Source: a virus
Taxonomy: Duplodnaviria; Caudoviricetes
Strand: one strand, 5' to 3'
IMG/VR virus record: IMGVR_UViG_3300009031_000221
Span: 96,001 to 160,000 of that record
Length of the DNA: 64,000 bases
Shown: positions 18,123 to 27,916 of the stretch, piece by piece
Layout: each line of letters starts with the position of its first letter
Numbering within the stretch: the first letter of the stretch is position 1
Notes under the pieces: generated by a model
Seen by the model: only the letters and a program-made list of their open reading frames with translations
Told to the model about the DNA's origin: nothing
Database searches by the model: none
Made by a program: the position numbers and the translations under genes

Positions 18123-18467
18123 CTACGAATCAACTTTTAGTGATGCCCTCAAGAACTCTAGGAATTCTTCCCATTCCTCTAGGTCACACGCACCCTTCGC
18201 AGCGTTCGCACCCCAACAAGCTAGCACTACATTCGACCTAACGTACCCACGGCTATTGTCCGTCCGGTCAATGGTAGGGATCATCGGATGCCTAGGGCCT
18301 ACATCATCCTTCCACTGCATAGGAACCTTGAACCAGTAGCATAGGCCCGATTGTTCGTCCCAAATCTCTACTATGTCTTGGGCAGTCAGATCGAACGGCA
18401 TGCCCCGTTCAAGGGCACGTCTACGGGCATTGCCTATGAGGATGTTGACCCAAGCAGGATGACTCAT
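18123..18467 (-). CDS. HNH-type (His-Me finger) endonuclease-like protein
   Basis: CYWFKVPM...PTIDRTDNSRGYVRSNVVLACWGANAAKG resembles the phage SxDRxDNxxGYxxxNV..C...N..K family. Confidence 0.7.
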   Translation of the reverse strand: MSHPAWVNILIGNARRRALERGMPFDLTAQDIVEIWDEQSGLCYWFKVPMQWKDDVGPRHPMIPTIDRTDNSRGYVRSNVVLACWGANAAKGACDLEEWEEFLEFLRASLKVDS

Positions 18468-18486
18468 ATTACTTCTACGCGATTGG

Positions 18487-18512
18487 CTTACTTCTCATGC
18501 TGCCAGCGTAGT
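18487..18512 (+). promoter_or_regulatory. Class-1 promoter motif CTTACTT-N12-GCGTAGT
   Basis: Directly upstream of the 18530 gene. Confidence 0.6.
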
Positions 18513-18529
18513 AGATGTAGGAGGACACC

Positions 18530-18730
18530 ATGGATACCCGCTTCGAGTGCCTGATTGATTTCACCAAGGGATGCACCATCATCGTGGATGACCACAAGTG
18601 GGAGCCCATTGCTCATGGCGTGGTCAATTACACGTACCGGGATCGAGCGCCCGTGGAGATCGACATCATCGAGGCCGCGATTTCGGCGGGCAAGATCAAG
18701 GATAGTCGCAAGGGCTGGTTCGCGATGTAG
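18530..18730 (+). CDS. Small hypothetical protein (66 aa)
   Basis: GGAGGA RBS and its own class-1 promoter. Confidence 0.7.
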   Translation: MDTRFECLIDFTKGCTIIVDDHKWEPIAHGVVNYTYRDRAPVEIDIIEAAISAGKIKDSRKGWFAM

Positions 18731-18743
18731 TAAAGGCGGGGTG

Positions 18744-19304
18744 CTACTCGCCCCACCTTTGCTTCTCGTATTCCTTCCAATTCTTTGTCGTGGGCTTGGA
18801 AGGCTTCTTCTGTCCGCCAGGGCCACCATTCTCAGTGACGTAACAACGGTCAGCGGGGTCACCCGTCTCATAGTAGCATTGACCCTTAGCCTCGGGTTCC
18901 CACTTGCCGGGGTCACGGGAAGGCGAATCGCCATATCCCTTGCCCTTCTCCCCATGCTCACGACCCGCCTCTACACCTTCGGCAGCATTAATACCATAGG
19001 CGGCTTCGGATTCATCAAATTCACGGGCTTCACTGCGAAAGCGGCTCAATAGACGGTCAACCAGGACGGCTTCTTCCGTAGCCTGAATGGTATCCAACAG
19101 AGCTACGCAGAATGCAAATGCCGTTGTTTGGTCCCACTTGATGAACGTCGCAACCTTGCTAAGCAATACCCGGTAGGACATCGGAAGGCGATTAACGTAC
19201 GCCGCCTTCTTTTCCTGGGATGCACGAATAAGCGGCACTAGGTGAGGCCGCAACTCAGGATTGGCTTGTGCAAGCTTGATTATTTCTTTCCGTAGATCCC
19301 TCAT
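18744..19304 (-). CDS. Putative internal head protein with N-terminal LRxx..LAxANPELR motif
   Basis: The N-terminus is shared with 62035-62490; contains KKA; has a late-type promoter upstream. Confidence 0.6.
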   Translation of the reverse strand: MRDLRKEIIKLAQANPELRPHLVPLIRASQEKKAAYVNRLPMSYRVLLSKVATFIKWDQTTAFAFCVALLDTIQATEEAVLVDRLLSRFRSEAREFDESEAAYGINAAEGVEAGREHGEKGKGYGDSPSRDPGKWEPEAKGQCYYETGDPADRCYVTENGGPGGQKKPSKPTTKNWKEYEKQRWGE

Positions 19305-19343
19305 ATGCGTTCCTCCGGCCTAAGTGCCTACCAGGAGAATACG

Positions 19344-19358
19344 TATAGAATGCCTACC
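19344..19358 (-). promoter_or_regulatory. Putative late promoter GGTAG-gcat-TCTATA
   Basis: Matches the recurring motif; upstream of 19304. Confidence 0.5.
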
Positions 19359-19363
19359 GAGAT

Positions 19364-19810
19364 TCATTCATCTGAATGGAGTACCGTAGATTGGAATTTT
19401 GGTGCAAACGTTGTGGCCCCTGGATCCCATATATCCTCGTCCCCATTCATATTCCCCTCGTACACAAGGGTTTCAGTCTGGTCTACCGCGATACTCGGGG
19501 GAGCGTCCCAGGCCTGTCCTTCCGACAACATGTACATTGCACGTCGAACTTCAGGGATTTTGTCCTCCGGAATCAATCCTTTGTCCCACAACCGTTTCAG
19601 ATTCATGAACCCATGCTTCATGTAGGGGTTCGGAGGATGCTCCAAAGGATGTGTTGGATCTCCCGGCATCGTCGCCACATACAAATGCTCATCGGGATGG
19701 TTATCTGGGTGTAGATTCGCCCGTAGATAGTTTTGCATCCCCTCGAGTGCTGCTGCCTGTTCATCTGGATGGATGAGGAGGTCACGAATATTCTTGATAG
19801 GTCGAGTCAT
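19364..19810 (-). CDS. Hypothetical protein
   Basis: ATGA overlap with the upstream endonuclease gene. Confidence 0.6.
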   Translation of the reverse strand: MTRPIKNIRDLLIHPDEQAAALEGMQNYLRANLHPDNHPDEHLYVATMPGDPTHPLEHPPNPYMKHGFMNLKRLWDKGLIPEDKIPEVRRAMYMLSEGQAWDAPPSIAVDQTETLVYEGNMNGDEDIWDPGATTFAPKFQSTVLHSDE

Positions 19811-21132
19811 GGTTCAAGCACCTCAAGGAATGCTTGCAATCGAACATTTACCGCCTCGGGGTCTGACTTGACCTCGGATTCCCACAGAACCAAGCAATCG
19901 ATGCCAATTTCCTTGAAAGCATCTATCAGTTCTTGTTCATGGTCAAAGTTGGCTTTCCCCGTGAATATTCTGGAGTGCCAAAAATCCCCGAATACCTCCA
20001 CCACCTTGGTAACCCCTCGCTTGGGGTGATCAGGATCGGGGCCTGGAATAATGAAATCGGGGTTCTTGTAAACCCCGATATTATTCAAGCGCTTCCAATA
20101 AGCCCCATCACCCGTGAATATCATGTTGGATGCCATAGAAGCCACTTTGGCCTCTAATAGATTTGGACCTATTAGAGGCCTGCCCGGAAACGGAGTCCCG
20201 TATTTCCGAATACATGTTGCAAATCGTTTTTCGTTGAAAAATTCCAATTGAAGCGGATGATCAACCCCATATCGAGATTGAAATGTAGCTTTAGCTTTAT
20301 CCCAGAAACCTTCGATCTGACTTGGGAACTCGACTCCATAGCGTTCCATCAAGACATCACGTACCTCCGCCTTCCCTTGATCTGATGCAAAGTAGTGGGC
20401 TCCGTACTTGGCTTCCATCGCGTCTAGCTGCTTGCGGCGAACTTCCGGATCCATAGCCGTCCAAGGAACTCCGTACCGGGTCATGTTGGTCGCTTGGATG
20501 CGTCCCTTGACCTCGGGGCTGCACGAAGGTTCCACGAACCCATAGCGTTCAATATTCGTTTGATCAATCCGTTCCCGCAATGTAGGAGAACCCCGAAGCT
20601 CCCCGCCATACCTAGAAATGACAGTAGCACGAGTTGCTTCCCGAATATTGGGGACTTGCTGTGGGTTGTCCACGCCATGTTTAGCTTGCCAATGATGGAG
20701 AATTTTCGCTTTCACTTCGGGTTTGTGAAACGCATTGGTATCACCATGGGCACCTCGCTTCCCCATGGATGATTCTTGGACTTTAGAAAACAAAGATGAT
20801 TCCCGTTGAAATGTGTTGCCCGCCCCATACCGAGCACGGTTCGTTGCCTTGGTGCGTTCTTGAACTTCAGGGACAAGTGCAACAGTAGGAACACCATAGC
20901 GTCCAATGTTAGTTTGGGCCGTCCGTTGCCCTTGCACCAACCCACGGTCGCGTCCAAGCCATGTTGTGCATCCTTGCCGATGCCGCTTCATTTGTGTCAA
21001 CGACCTAGCGACGTGACCACAAAGACACGGTGGAACAGGTGGTGATATCGTTGGATTACACTTGGCTAAATGCCGAGAATTCAGTTTAACACCAGGAAAT
21101 TCACGATAGCAAAGGGGGCATTGAATGGGCAT
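19807..21132 (-). CDS. Free-standing endonuclease: Zn fingers + repeated TxxxRYG units + Vsr/DUF559-like PD-(D/E)XK domain
   Basis: C-terminal NPDFII...VVEVFGDFWH...IDCLVLWESE; several TN(I/M)xRYGV repeats; GGAGG RBS before MPIQCPLC. Confidence 0.75.
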   Translation of the reverse strand: MPIQCPLCYREFPGVKLNSRHLAKCNPTISPPVPPCLCGHVARSLTQMKRHRQGCTTWLGRDRGLVQGQRTAQTNIGRYGVPTVALVPEVQERTKATNRARYGAGNTFQRESSLFSKVQESSMGKRGAHGDTNAFHKPEVKAKILHHWQAKHGVDNPQQVPNIREATRATVISRYGGELRGSPTLRERIDQTNIERYGFVEPSCSPEVKGRIQATNMTRYGVPWTAMDPEVRRKQLDAMEAKYGAHYFASDQGKAEVRDVLMERYGVEFPSQIEGFWDKAKATFQSRYGVDHPLQLEFFNEKRFATCIRKYGTPFPGRPLIGPNLLEAKVASMASNMIFTGDGAYWKRLNNIGVYKNPDFIIPGPDPDHPKRGVTKVVEVFGDFWHSRIFTGKANFDHEQELIDAFKEIGIDCLVLWESEVKSDPEAVNVRLQAFLEVLEP

Positions 21133-22075
21133 GCTGGAGTACCTCCACCAGCAATGTACCACAAAATAAAACCCATGGCAAGACCAGAAACGATCTTGGG
21201 CTCAGTACGCCCTTGCCTGTGAATGGACCGAAGGCGGAACGAATACCAATACCGAATCGGGGTTGCTGCAAACCGCGGATGAACTTGACGGTTCGTGCCT
21301 TGGCCTCTGTGGCCTTATCGAACTGCGCCTCAGAGTTGGATTTGAGGGATTCGTATTTGGAGGATTTCTCAAGAGTCAGACTTACGCCCCCAATGGAGTA
21401 ATCGAACTCATCAGCTACCCAGTTGATGGCGAGGGCGAAACATGCGTGTGATATAGCGCCCCACAGAATCGCGGTTCGCCACGCAGGCATGTCCTTCACA
21501 AGACGGTCTAGATTGGGTACATTCTTGCCTGTGAATGGTGGGAACATGTTGAACCAGTCCAACGCCCGTTCACAATATTCCAATAGCTCATCGTCCTGCC
21601 AAATCTGCCCGAACACCCTATCGTACCTTCCAATGTTCCCCTCAAACTCTGGGGGACGGAAGTGGTAAAACTTGTCCGGGTTCTGGTCACGGAGGAGCAT
21701 TCGGAGCTTCGTGATCATTTCCAGTCGGGCCCCGCTATAGGTCAATGGATTGATTGCCCCCTGGGCTTCAACCGTGAATTCTATAACAACTTGCTGTGCG
21801 GGGGAAGACACCAATTGCTTGAATGTCCAACGCACTCGATAGGTGCCAAGTGTTGCTGAAGGCGGAATCATCAATGCCGCGTAGTATTCGCCAACGGAAG
21901 GATTGACAGGGATACGATTAGGATCGCCTATCAAAACTTCAGGGTTGGGAAATACGGGGTCTACCCAGTAGAGGGCGTAGGTAATCTCAGCAGCATTCGT
22001 CGGTTGGTTGTTATTATCAACAAGGAATATGTTGATATCCCCGCGACCTAATGTTTGACCTGGATAATATGCCAT
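21101..22075 (-). CDS. Head-tail adaptor / neck protein
   Basis: Ig-like N-terminal domain, then a helical adaptor-like domain (LRMLLRD...DDELLEY...FDYSIGGVSLTLEKSSKYESLK). The function is inferred from resemblance and context. Confidence 0.55.
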   Translation of the reverse strand: MAYYPGQTLGRGDINIFLVDNNNQPTNAAEITYALYWVDPVFPNPEVLIGDPNRIPVNPSVGEYYAALMIPPSATLGTYRVRWTFKQLVSSPAQQVVIEFTVEAQGAINPLTYSGARLEMITKLRMLLRDQNPDKFYHFRPPEFEGNIGRYDRVFGQIWQDDELLEYCERALDWFNMFPPFTGKNVPNLDRLVKDMPAWRTAILWGAISHACFALAINWVADEFDYSIGGVSLTLEKSSKYESLKSNSEAQFDKATEAKARTVKFIRGLQQPRFGIGIRSAFGPFTGKGVLSPRSFLVLPWVLFCGTLLVEVLQHAHSMPPLLS

Positions 22076-22084
22076 CGCATCACC

Positions 22085-22381
22085 TCAGTTGATCACTTCT
22101 TGCCCGTCGGCATCCAATATGGTAATTGGAAATCCACGGGATCGTTTCTCATTAATGCTCATCATGGTGTCAATGAGCCTATTTTGAATGGAATCCAGGA
22201 AAGGTTCCTGCACACGAATACGGGCTACCACCTTAGCCGTATGTTCGCTCTCAGAGAACGCTAGGAAATCCAGGAACCATTCCGCGCCTTGATCATGAAC
22301 CACTCGAAAAGCGTTGGCATATTCCCCAACCGCAATACCCGGAGGAACCGTCACAAGACATTCAACCCTTCGGTCCTCCAT
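22085..22381 (-). CDS. DUF3467-like small protein
   Basis: GEYANAFRVVH...EWFLDFL motif. Confidence 0.55.
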   Translation of the reverse strand: MEDRRVECLVTVPPGIAVGEYANAFRVVHDQGAEWFLDFLAFSESEHTAKVVARIRVQEPFLDSIQNRLIDTMMSINEKRSRGFPITILDADGQEVIN

Positions 22382-22703
22382 AGGAATTCTCCGTGCCGGA
22401 TCCCATCCGTGCGATAGCAACATCCATGATGTAACAGAAACCTGATGCCGCTATGGCCCATATTGCCCCGCCTACCAATATTGGTAATGGGTGAATAGAA
22501 ACCATTGGGTTTATTTCCAAAGATGCTATCCACGTTACCCACCCCATCCAGAACCCCAAACAATAGGGGCACTCAATGAGTTCCTGCATCCCTCGCCGCC
22601 ATACAGAATCTTTGCGGTATGCGATGACTTGAAGGGACGGCATCTTGTATTGGATGCCAAATACAAGACCATACGATGCAACCATGAAAATCCAAGTAGG
22701 CAT
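22362..22703 (-). CDS. DUF1360-like membrane protein
   Basis: LIECPYCLGFWMGW motif with flanking hydrophobic helices. Confidence 0.6.
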   Translation of the reverse strand: MPTWIFMVASYGLVFGIQYKMPSLQVIAYRKDSVWRRGMQELIECPYCLGFWMGWVTWIASLEINPMVSIHPLPILVGGAIWAIAASGFCYIMDVAIARMGSGTENSYGGPKG

Positions 22704-22706
22704 TTG

Positions 22707-22949
22707 TTACTCGCTCATGTGGGTCATGGCCTTCATGGCCTTGATTTCGTCGGCATACGTAAGAGCCGGTACTTTGGCTACCCGATTGAAGTATTGGTTT
22801 TTCAGATCTCGCATCCCTTCCCCGTCTTCAAACAGGAAGAACACACGCCCACCTTCCCGTTCAGTGCCGATGTATGAAACACCCGCAACCTTTAGGTAGG
22901 CAGCATAGTAGAGATCCGAAGTTCGGTAGCTATTTGAATTCGTTATCAT
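22707..22949 (-). CDS. DUF5659-like small phage protein
   Basis: YRTSDLYYAAYLK...VFFLF motif; GAGAGG RBS. Confidence 0.6.
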   Translation of the reverse strand: MITNSNSYRTSDLYYAAYLKVAGVSYIGTEREGGRVFFLFEDGEGMRDLKNQYFNRVAKVPALTYADEIKAMKAMTHMSE

Positions 22950-22957
22950 ATTGCCTC

Positions 22958-23635
22958 TCAGTAGATCCCATTTTTGTATGTTTCCATCCAGGTAGAATCC
23001 CGTCCACAGGATTTTTGATTGCTTAATGTGTCCGCAACCAAAGAGCACAAGTCATACAACTCAGCATCAGATAGATTTCCTCGAATTCGATTTACACGAG
23101 TATGCACCCATCGATAGTTTTCGATAGAATCCTCGCCCCCTAATGATTTTGGAATAATGTGATCAATACTTGCATTCAACCCCAAACGGAGTTGCACCCC
23201 TGACAAAGCACATCGGTAACTTTGTCGGGTCATTAGAGCCTTCAATTCATCTCCTCTACGTCGAGATTTTAGGAACCTCCATGAAACCTCTTTCAACCAG
23301 CATGTTTCGCAATAAAGGGATGTGACTAACTCGGCGCTGTGGCAATAGAAACATATATTGGGATCCCTATCTACATAACGATATTTAGCTTTGGTCAAAC
23401 ATTCGGGACAGCAAACCCCATCGCCATCATGAGGTTTGCGACATTGCGAGCAAACCCCATTTGACAGATAACGAGCATGCCTCAACCGAGCACTCGCGGC
23501 ATCACAATCACGACAAATACCACGCTTTTGATCCTTTGATTTGGGGTTATTCGAAAATGATTCCAAAGCCTTTGTTTCTCGACATCGAGAACAAGTTTTG
23601 GCATCTTCAATGAGATTGAGATTTCTTGTGCCCAT
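22958..23635 (-). CDS. HNH homing-type endonuclease with Zn fingers
   Basis: CALSG...SIDHIIPKSLGGEDSIENYRWVHTRVN plus several CxxC pairs. Confidence 0.85.
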   Translation of the reverse strand: MGTRNLNLIEDAKTCSRCRETKALESFSNNPKSKDQKRGICRDCDAASARLRHARYLSNGVCSQCRKPHDGDGVCCPECLTKAKYRYVDRDPNICFYCHSAELVTSLYCETCWLKEVSWRFLKSRRRGDELKALMTRQSYRCALSGVQLRLGLNASIDHIIPKSLGGEDSIENYRWVHTRVNRIRGNLSDAELYDLCSLVADTLSNQKSCGRDSTWMETYKNGIY

Positions 23636-23713
23636 GATAACTCCCATCTAGCCACTCGCATAATACCGCGAGGGTCACTTGATGGAGTCTATAGGCAGAG
23701 CAACGAACCTAAA

Positions 23714-24607
23714 TTACCAGGCAATGCCGGTGCTGTCATAGACCCGCAGAACTGGAGCGCTGCCGGATGCAGGAATGTTCACACCTGCAAGGGTGTAGGC
23801 ATTGCCGGCGGCGCCGTAAGTGAACGCAGGGTTCAGGATCACATGAGCCGACTTGAATCCATGGATTTGGCCCGCACCATTTGATGCCGCTACAATTCCA
23901 GTACGTGCCAATACAGGGCGACCCTGGAAACCGTGGTCAAGAGATGTTAGGAAAGCGCCTTCCCCAACAAACACCTTCCCAGTCGTAGACGAAAGCTGTG
24001 CATCTACAAGAGCTGCACGGCTAGCCTGATTCAGAAACGTAGGGCCAACGTCGGTCAGAATCGTGTAACGAGGGCTACGGTAAATCTCACCGGACAGAAT
24101 ACGGAGGATGTCCGTCACTGAACCGAAGGATGTTCCCGTTGCCAATCCTGTACCAGCATCAACTGCCGCCAACAGGACATTGATTGATGCCAACGTCAAT
24201 GACGCGCCTGCATCAGCTGCAGCTTCAATCGCCGAGGCAGCAGCAATAGCATTTGCGGTTGTTAGGAATGATCCCGTAGTAGCCTTCTGAACACGCTCCT
24301 GCAAGTAGGCAGCAAGCCCAAAGCGAGCAACCGTCGTTGCCCAGCTATCCGCTCCACCACCCGTTGTATCGGATGCTGCAGGAGCATTAGCAGCGGTCAA
24401 CAAGGTGTTCAATGAACCCGACACGAAGTCGTTTCCATTGACCTTAGTTGCACCTGGAGCGGCGACACCGGAGCCCACATAATGGGTTTGGCCCGCACCA
24501 TCATAGATGCCGTTCTTCTGTGACGTGTTAGGCCACAGGTCGGTCAACTGAACGCCCATCCCTTCTAGGTCATTACGCCGTGGGATGATAAATATTTGGC
24601 TGGCCAT
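23714..24607 (-). CDS. Virion structural protein, paralog family A
   Basis: Shares N-terminal DLWPNTSQ..GQT.Y and C-terminal VYDxxG with 25387, 26632 and 40054. Confidence 0.7.
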   Translation of the reverse strand: MASQIFIIPRRNDLEGMGVQLTDLWPNTSQKNGIYDGAGQTHYVGSGVAAPGATKVNGNDFVSGSLNTLLTAANAPAASDTTGGGADSWATTVARFGLAAYLQERVQKATTGSFLTTANAIAAASAIEAAADAGASLTLASINVLLAAVDAGTGLATGTSFGSVTDILRILSGEIYRSPRYTILTDVGPTFLNQASRAALVDAQLSSTTGKVFVGEGAFLTSLDHGFQGRPVLARTGIVAASNGAGQIHGFKSAHVILNPAFTYGAAGNAYTLAGVNIPASGSAPVLRVYDSTGIAW

Positions 24608-24625
24608 CGTTGTCCCCCTATCCTG

Positions 24626-25387
24626 TTAGATAACGCCACCGGCATTGTCATAGATCGTTACTGCCCGGTGCGTACCACTCGTTAGATTGACGCCCGCGAT
24701 ATCCTTTGCCGTTCCCGTTGCCGAATAGGTGAACGCAGGATTGACCCAGGTGTAGAACGGGGCCTTGAGTTGTGCCATCGTGCCCGTCAATGCCGAAGCA
24801 TGAAGGGAACCGGTATCCGCAATCTTGCGAATATCCCGATAATCCGTCCCAGGCCCCGCAAACACACCCATGTTGGCGCTGTTCCATGCGTGGTTATCAA
24901 GCGAAATGAAGGCGCCCGCCGGAACCCTGTAGACCTCGCCCGCCAGGATGCTAAGCACTTCTTCAAGCGACCCCGTGGAACCACCCGCATTCAAAGTGCT
25001 GGCTGCACCACCGCCCGTTGCGGCGCCAATGATCGCATTCACATCAGTGATGCTCAAGCTCAACCCTGCAGCTACTCGAGCCAAAATGGCATCCTGAATA
25101 GTCGCAATGCGTGCCGGAGTCAATACGATATTAGCGTTATCGATGTCCTTGACATTGTCTGCCAAATAGGCACCCAATCCATAGAACGTCGATGCTGCCG
25201 TATCCTTGTTGACCGCCACAACCGTATAGGTCACGGTGTCATGCTGAGGCTCCCACGTAATGTATCCCGTTTGGCCTTGAGGGGTCAAAGAGGGAATCCT
25301 CTGTGAAGAGTTGGGATGCAAATCTAGAACCTGAAGGAGGTTGTCCGCCAAGTCGTTACGAGCCAAACAAATGTAAGCGCGTGCCAT
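24626..25387 (-). CDS. Virion structural protein, paralog family A
   Basis: YICLARND...LQVLDLHPNSSQR...GQTGY ... IYDNAG. Confidence 0.7.
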   Translation of the reverse strand: MARAYICLARNDLADNLLQVLDLHPNSSQRIPSLTPQGQTGYITWEPQHDTVTYTVVAVNKDTAASTFYGLGAYLADNVKDIDNANIVLTPARIATIQDAILARVAAGLSLSITDVNAIIGAATGGGAASTLNAGGSTGSLEEVLSILAGEVYRVPAGAFISLDNHAWNSANMGVFAGPGTDYRDIRKIADTGSLHASALTGTMAQLKAPFYTWVNPAFTYSATGTAKDIAGVNLTSGTHRAVTIYDNAGGVI

Positions 25388-25402
25388 ATTTCCTCCGTCA
25401 GA

Positions 25403-26632
25403 TCAGGACAGGACAGTGCCGTCGTCGTCATAGACCGTCACTAGACGGGATGCCGTTGTCGTATCAAAAGACGTGAACCCACTCAGATTGTAGGGGAAGT
25501 GAGGAATTACGTTGCTTGTAGGCCACATGGTCACAGGCCCCGTAAGTACATCCAGTTGCCCACTAACCAAAGAGGCCACAACCGCATCAATGTTGTATGT
25601 GTGACGAATGCCTGCTACTTCACGATTCTCAATCCCACCGCCAATGGCGCTAGGCTTGACCTCGCCGTACTGCATCGTATCACCACCAACCAATACAGGT
25701 TGCGTAAACCCACCAAAGGGCCCAGCCGTGCCTGCCCACTTGAACGTAGGGTAGGTAGAATCCATGTAATAATTCAACGTGCCCGTCAGGGTCGTTTGCG
25801 GAATGCGGTAAGTACGTCCTGCAAGGATTGCAAGAATATCGGCTACCGACCCACGCGATCCAGAAGTGTCCGTTGTGCCCGTGAGGTCTGCCCCTACAAG
25901 GGCTGCCAATTCGCCATTGGCGTCTGACAACGTAAACGTCAAGCCTGTGTCTACACGTGCCAGAAATGCCGCGCATAATGCGGTCTGAAGTGCCTTCGTC
26001 CAGGTCTCATGTGTACGAGTCATCCGGGTACCCGACAACGTGACGTGGGCTGCCAAAGAATTAGCCAAAGCCATATTCCCAGCCCAACCCGTCAACGTAA
26101 GCCCTGCACCATAACGAGCAACCAAAGTCACTGTAGGCGAAGCCCCTGCAGCAAATGCATAGGATCCGGAAATCGTACCCAATTCCATCAATCCGACGGA
26201 TACGGGATCATTAATGGTTGCAATCAATGATGCATGCGTAGCAGCAATGCTACCACCAGGGCTAGTAACCGAAGAGAATGTCTGAGCAGCGGCGACTTCC
26301 GCACCAAAGTTTACTGCAGAGAACACGACACCATTAATGGTTACGGTTTCGCCCGTTGCAAGCCCTGCCAGAATCGTAATCGACCCTGCAGCCTGCTCAA
26401 TGCCGCCAATTTCTACGTTGTCGATCAGGTAGCTCGCAAGCCCGTCGTGATACGTGGCATCTAACGTTCCTACCGAGTTGACCATCACAGGAGTCGTCTT
26501 GGCACGGTTGACATACCGTGTTTCGCCAGGAGGGCTCAATGATGGAATCCTCTGTGAAGAATTGGGGAGAAGATCCAGAATCTGGAGGACGCCGTCGGGA
26601 ACGTCACTACGTGCTAGACAGATGTACGGCAT
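25403..26632 (-). CDS. Virion structural protein, paralog family A (with insertion)
   Basis: MPYICLARSDVPDGVLQILDLLPNSSQR ... VYDDDG. Confidence 0.7.
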   Translation of the reverse strand: MPYICLARSDVPDGVLQILDLLPNSSQRIPSLSPPGETRYVNRAKTTPVMVNSVGTLDATYHDGLASYLIDNVEIGGIEQAAGSITILAGLATGETVTINGVVFSAVNFGAEVAAAQTFSSVTSPGGSIAATHASLIATINDPVSVGLMELGTISGSYAFAAGASPTVTLVARYGAGLTLTGWAGNMALANSLAAHVTLSGTRMTRTHETWTKALQTALCAAFLARVDTGLTFTLSDANGELAALVGADLTGTTDTSGSRGSVADILAILAGRTYRIPQTTLTGTLNYYMDSTYPTFKWAGTAGPFGGFTQPVLVGGDTMQYGEVKPSAIGGGIENREVAGIRHTYNIDAVVASLVSGQLDVLTGPVTMWPTSNVIPHFPYNLSGFTSFDTTTASRLVTVYDDDGTVLS

Positions 26633-26692
26633 TGCCAACCTCGCTATTGCATGGGCGGATGATTCAGCATCCTCTACTCACATTAGGCTACG

Positions 26693-26707
26693 TATAAGGG
26701 AACTATT
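26693..26707 (-). promoter_or_regulatory. Putative late promoter AATAG-ttcc-CTTATA
   Basis: Recurring motif, upstream of the family-A triplet. Confidence 0.55.
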
Positions 26708-26712
26708 CAGCC

Positions 26713-27546
26713 TTAGGCCTCCCGGCCCACAACCCCATCGATGGAGAAGCTGCATCCTACACCAGCACCACTCATTGCCACGATGAACTCATTCACACCC
26801 GGCAAAGAATAACCGCCACCGGTCGGAATAACCTCACCCCCCAAAGCCGCCACAGGAATCATAGGCATCCCCATACCAAAACTAACTAGAAGGGTCTTGT
26901 CGGCGCTTGTGTTGCGGACAGTTACGGATGCCATTGGAAACGGCATTGTAATATGCATTGGCAAGGGCTTCTGCATTGTAGTATCGAATACAGGAGCAAA
27001 CCCTGCCTCGCAATCCGATCCCGCAGGAGCTAATCCTGCTAGAGATATAACACCCGCGGCACGCCCATAAAATGTTGGCGGCGGCACCACCAGAATTGGC
27101 CCCATGTAAGGCATGTCAGCATTGTTCGGCGCCAGAGGCGGCACAGCCAACCAGCCGCTAGGCCCACGTTGTTCCTGAATACGGGCGAATAGGTATTCCT
27201 CATCCGAAGGAACCTCGGGTAGGTTAGGCGGGATGGGAACGATATAGTCATTCACATCAAACATGAAGCTAGTTTGATCCCGACGAACTTCCGCGATACC
27301 CGCCCAACCTTTGCGAATAATAGTAGGAGATGCCACCAATTTCTTGGATTTTGCATCCATGATGTTCAATCCACCACTACCTGTCAACCCGCTACCTGTC
27401 ATTGTCCCATAGGCATCATTGAGTGTACGAGACACCCACAACCGATAAGCCGAAGCCGAAGGGTCATTGCGTACAATGAGATCGATGAGATGTGTCGAAC
27501 GTTGCAATATGCCCGGTCGAATGCTGAATGGTCCGTAAATACTCAT
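26713..27546 (-). CDS. Hypothetical protein, probably structural
   Basis: Long operon-packed ORF with beta-rich composition. Confidence 0.65.
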   Translation of the reverse strand: MSIYGPFSIRPGILQRSTHLIDLIVRNDPSASAYRLWVSRTLNDAYGTMTGSGLTGSGGLNIMDAKSKKLVASPTIIRKGWAGIAEVRRDQTSFMFDVNDYIVPIPPNLPEVPSDEEYLFARIQEQRGPSGWLAVPPLAPNNADMPYMGPILVVPPPTFYGRAAGVISLAGLAPAGSDCEAGFAPVFDTTMQKPLPMHITMPFPMASVTVRNTSADKTLLVSFGMGMPMIPVAALGGEVIPTGGGYSLPGVNEFIVAMSGAGVGCSFSIDGVVGREA

Positions 27547-27914
27547 GATGATCCCTCTTGCCGTATCTGCGATTCGTAGCTTGACGTGTCTTTGCCCTTG
27601 CTAGCCGCCAGTCTCTGTGCTTCCGCCCAACTATCGACTTCTTCCCCACCCACATTAGGCACCATACGTTGCCCTACGGGGATATCACGGGACTTGGCAT
27701 CCAGGCGGCGATTCTTATCCGCCATTTGACCCTGAATCCGAATATTCTTCCCAGGCCAACCATCCCCAGCCAGGACAAAACTTGGGGATGCCATTGTTCG
27801 CTTGGTTCCCCCCTGACACTCAGGGCATACCTGGGGATTTGTATAATCAGTCAAACGGAGCACCCGTTCAAATTCGTGGTGGCAAGAATCGCACTTGAAC
27901 CCATATGTAGGCAT
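27543..27914 (-). CDS. FmdB-family zinc-ribbon protein
   Basis: MPTYGFKCDSCHHEFE...CPECQG...F..GDGW pattern. Confidence 0.8.
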   Translation of the reverse strand: MPTYGFKCDSCHHEFERVLRLTDYTNPQVCPECQGGTKRTMASPSFVLAGDGWPGKNIRIQGQMADKNRRLDAKSRDIPVGQRMVPNVGGEEVDSWAEAQRLAASKGKDTSSYESQIRQEGSS

Positions 27915-27916
27915 AG

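Noticed and set aside
18488-19052. ORFs 18488-18961(-) and 18555-19052(+)
   Set aside because: They overlap better-supported genes (18530-18730, 18744-19304) that have an RBS and promoter.
21101-21190. Replacement-3'-end mechanism for the Vsr-like endonuclease at the neck gene
   Set aside because: The neck gene has an odd hydrophobic tail overlapping the endonuclease start, but I found no displaced duplicate downstream.
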